From Podarcis liolepis (taxonomy: Eukaryota): 64,000 nt of DNA. This document shows, piece by piece, positions 61,063 through 64,000 of this stretch (within the stretch, counting starts at the first letter, position 1; each line of letters starts with the position of its first letter). The position numbers and the translations under genes were made by a program. The notes beneath the pieces were generated by a model that was not told where the DNA came from, did no database searches, and saw only the letters and a list, made by a program, of their open reading frames with translations. The DNA lies in assembly GCA_965112155.1 (NCBI GenBank), contig OZ218105.1; one strand, given 5' to 3'.

Positions 61063-62954
61063 CTGATTAAAAAAAAAATCACTTTGACCCATTGTGGATT
61101 TCTATTGACTTGGCCCATGAAGAAGGCCGTATGATGTAGACCAAACACACACTACCCCAAGATAATCAACAATTGTGTGTGGGAAAAGTCTAGCTGTGAC
61201 CCTAAACACCCATCTGCTTATTCTGTCTTGTTGGGAGAATCAGGGCTAGACGGATTTCAGCACCAAAATGCTACAGCTTTCTTGCCATATAGCTCTGTGT
61301 TTAAACACAGGGAGATGGAAGTAGCTTGTGGGCCTCCTATGCAACGTCCAGCTTTAAGCCTTCCTCTGCACTTCCTCCAGGAGCACAGCATCTGTCTGTA
61401 CATGCAGCAGGCGCTGGGGAGAATGGTTTTTACAACAAAAGATGTGTATAGAGGAACCCTGCTTCATCATACCTCACTACTTTAGGCACTTTTCTCCACT
61501 GCTTTGCCAGCATTGTTCACTAGACAGGGGAAAGTTTGCCTGAAGCAACAGAGAAGAGAGGGCAGTGGGGTTCAGCTCCCAACCTCTACATAATGCTTTA
61601 TGGTAACAATTACATCTATGCATAAATGGGGCTGACCCAATGCAGCTGGCCCTGTCCCATTTAGTTTGGCCCTCAAGCTCTCAGTTCTTGTTCTATCCCA
61701 TTATGACCATCTGATCTGAGATAATGCTGGCCAGCAAAAGCTGTGTAATTCCAAGAATTTTTAGGAAACCTTTCCATCTTCACAGTTTTAGCCACCATTC
61801 TGAGGCTTGTTTTTAATTGAATTCTGTGGGAAACACAAACACCTAAGGTTGCTCTTGGGTTTAATTACTCTCAGAGTTTGTGCTTTCTCTGTATTCTGAA
61901 TTTGTCTGGCAACAGATTTCTGTCTGCTGCATCCTATTATGCCTGTGTGTGCCACATTAAAGAACCATCTCTCCTCCAGAGCCTCCTCCCACGAAGAGCA
62001 TTTATTATTTCATAGCGCAGGTCCTACTTCCAACATGGAAATGTTCATTTCACACAATGAAACTTGATTCACAAACAGCACTCCTGCAAAATAATAATAA
62101 GTGATCCTTATGTCTTACAAGACTGATTAATAATAATAAAATAAATAAATACAGCGTGCCATATTAACTCTGAGTTGGGTGACATTTAAGGTCACGAGAG
62201 GCAATCTTAGTGGTACTGAAATCTTTTAATCTTATTTGCAGATTATTTCATCAGTAAGTTCCCTAGAGCTGAGAAAGGATTTTATTCCCATATCTTTATT
62301 ATTTCATTTACTGTTGGAAGTGCAATGCGCCATAAGTTTATATTAATTCTAAAACAACATTTGCTCACTGGGGGAGCTCAGTATCTGTGGAGATATGTAA
62401 ATAAGATTAATACATCTTTTGAAATAGATTATCCTTGTTAAGTGTTAGCAGGAATTGCTCCAGTCCTTTTCAACAACATAAATATCTCTAAGTGGCAAAC
62501 AACCTAAACCTTAGCTTTCATATTAGCACATCTGCCTTTGATGCCAATGCAACAACACGTGGGGGGGGGGTTGCGTTGCAGTGATGTAATTGTTACTGCA
62601 CTCCAACTGATATACTGGCGCAGGATGTTTTAGGATGAGGACTAAAGGTCTTTTAGTCTCAGACATTATAGGTACAATAAAAATGCTGGGGGTGACTGGG
62701 AGGTGGTGGCAAGATGTTGGAGGACAATGCTGGGTGTGCCATGTGACCTGCTCTGCACCCACTAAAGCAAGCCTGCTGCCCTCAGGCACATTAGAGGGTA
62801 CTTTCCCATCATCAGAGTTGAAGCGCCAGCATCATCTTGTCCTTTGCCTCAGGCAGCAAAACATACTGGAAGACTAACCCTCAGTTTCACTAGACACATG
62901 CAAACAGGTGGCAATACACATCCTATGCCCATTTAATATGTGGGGGGGGGGTTA

Positions 62955-63348
62955 TTGTTTCCGAGCACAATTCAAAGTGTTGGTGCTGGCCTTTAAAGCC
63001 CTAAACGGCCTTGGTCCATTATACCTGAAGGAGCGTCTCCACCCCCATCATCCAGCCCAGACACTGAGGTCCAGCTCTGAAGGCCTTCTGGCTATTCCCT
63101 CGCTGTGAGATGTGAGGCTACAGGGAACCAGGCAGAGGGCCTTCTCAGTAGTGGCACCTGCCCTGTGGAACGCCCTCCCATCAGATGTCAAGGCAATAAA
63201 CAACTATTTTACTTTTAAAAGACAACTGAAGGCCGTCCTGTTTAGGGAAGTTTTTAATGTCTGATGCTGTATTGTTTTTAATATTCAGTTGGAAGCCACC
63301 CAGAGTGGCTGGGGAAACCCAGCTAGATGGGCGGGGTGTAAATAATAA

Positions 63349-63392
<44 letters not shown>
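62955..63392 (+). mobile_element. L2 LINE 3' portion with (TAT)n tail
   Basis: ORF 62908..63108 FRAQFKVLVLAFKALNGLGPLYLKERLHPHHPAQTLRSS, then RAFSVVAPALWNALP. Confidence 0.93.
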
Positions 63393-63394
<2 letters not shown>

Positions 63395-63420
63395 TGTTGT
63401 TGTTGTTCTTGTTGTTTTTA

Positions 63421-63646
63421 CAGTGGTACCTCAGGTTACATATGCTTCAGGTTACAGACTCCGCTAACCAATAAATATTATCTCGGGTTAAGTACTTTGC
63501 TTCAGGATGGGAACAGAAATCGTGCTCCGGCGGCGAGGCAGCAGCAGGAGGCCCCATTAGCTAAAGTGGTGCTTCAGGTTAAGAACAGTTTCAGGTTAAG
63601 TACGGACATCCAAAATGAATTAAGTACTTAACCTGAGGTACCACTG
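63421..63646 (+). mobile_element. Tigger-like MITE inserted in an L2 3' UTR remnant
   Basis: TIR CAGTGGTACCTCAGGTTA, TA TSD; rejoined flanks match the reverse complement of ~55395-55440. Confidence 0.92.
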
Positions 63647-64000
63647 TATTTTGATTATGTATTTTGTGGTTTTATATTTTGAAATAATAATAAGCAGTAA
63701 TAACTGGCAATTAGCTCCAGAATCAGGTGGGCTGAAAGCAGGATGTGGGAATATGTCATTTCAGATCAAGCACAATATCTCCTAGACCCTGCTCCAAGGA
63801 GAAGACAGCTTACTTCTACTTGAACACAGTTCAGAATGTGTGTCCTGCTTCTCAGCACATAGTATGGATAATGCTTAAAGGATAAGCACTCTGCCCTGGT
63901 GCCATGTACTCTTATGACACTGTTGCTTCTGTGCAGATCTGATGTTTCCTTAGCAAGGTTTTACTAGGAAGTAAAGAATCCTGGCTAGTTGATGAGCTGA

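Overview
Eukaryotic, non-coding, repeat-rich vertebrate DNA. The repeat complement (Sauria SINE, BovB, CR1 with a (TTCTATGA)n tail, L2, many hAT and Tc1/mariner MITEs) indicates a squamate reptile, most likely a lacertid lizard (inference). No host protein-coding gene can be identified with confidence. The ORFs with recognisable protein similarity are LINE ORF2 fragments (CR1, L2, RTE-BovB); the rest look like chance ORFs. The window reads as a large intron or gene desert: TE-derived blocks alternate with TE-free, motif-rich stretches that may be conserved enhancers, which cannot be proven without alignment. There are two assembly gaps. Highlights: (i) a TSD-flanked Penelope-like terminal repeat carrying a minimal hammerhead ribozyme just downstream of CCAAT/TATA motifs; (ii) two solo LTRs with exact 5-bp TSDs nested in L2 copies, plus an ERV-like LTR; (iii) several nested insertions, including related hAT MITEs at the same site of two SINE copies; (iv) two Tc2-like MITEs with co-varying repeated end motifs and perfect internal palindromes; (v) one 60-nt minus-strand candidate exon. 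I see no CRISPR array, rRNA, true tRNA gene or clearly new multi-gene system.
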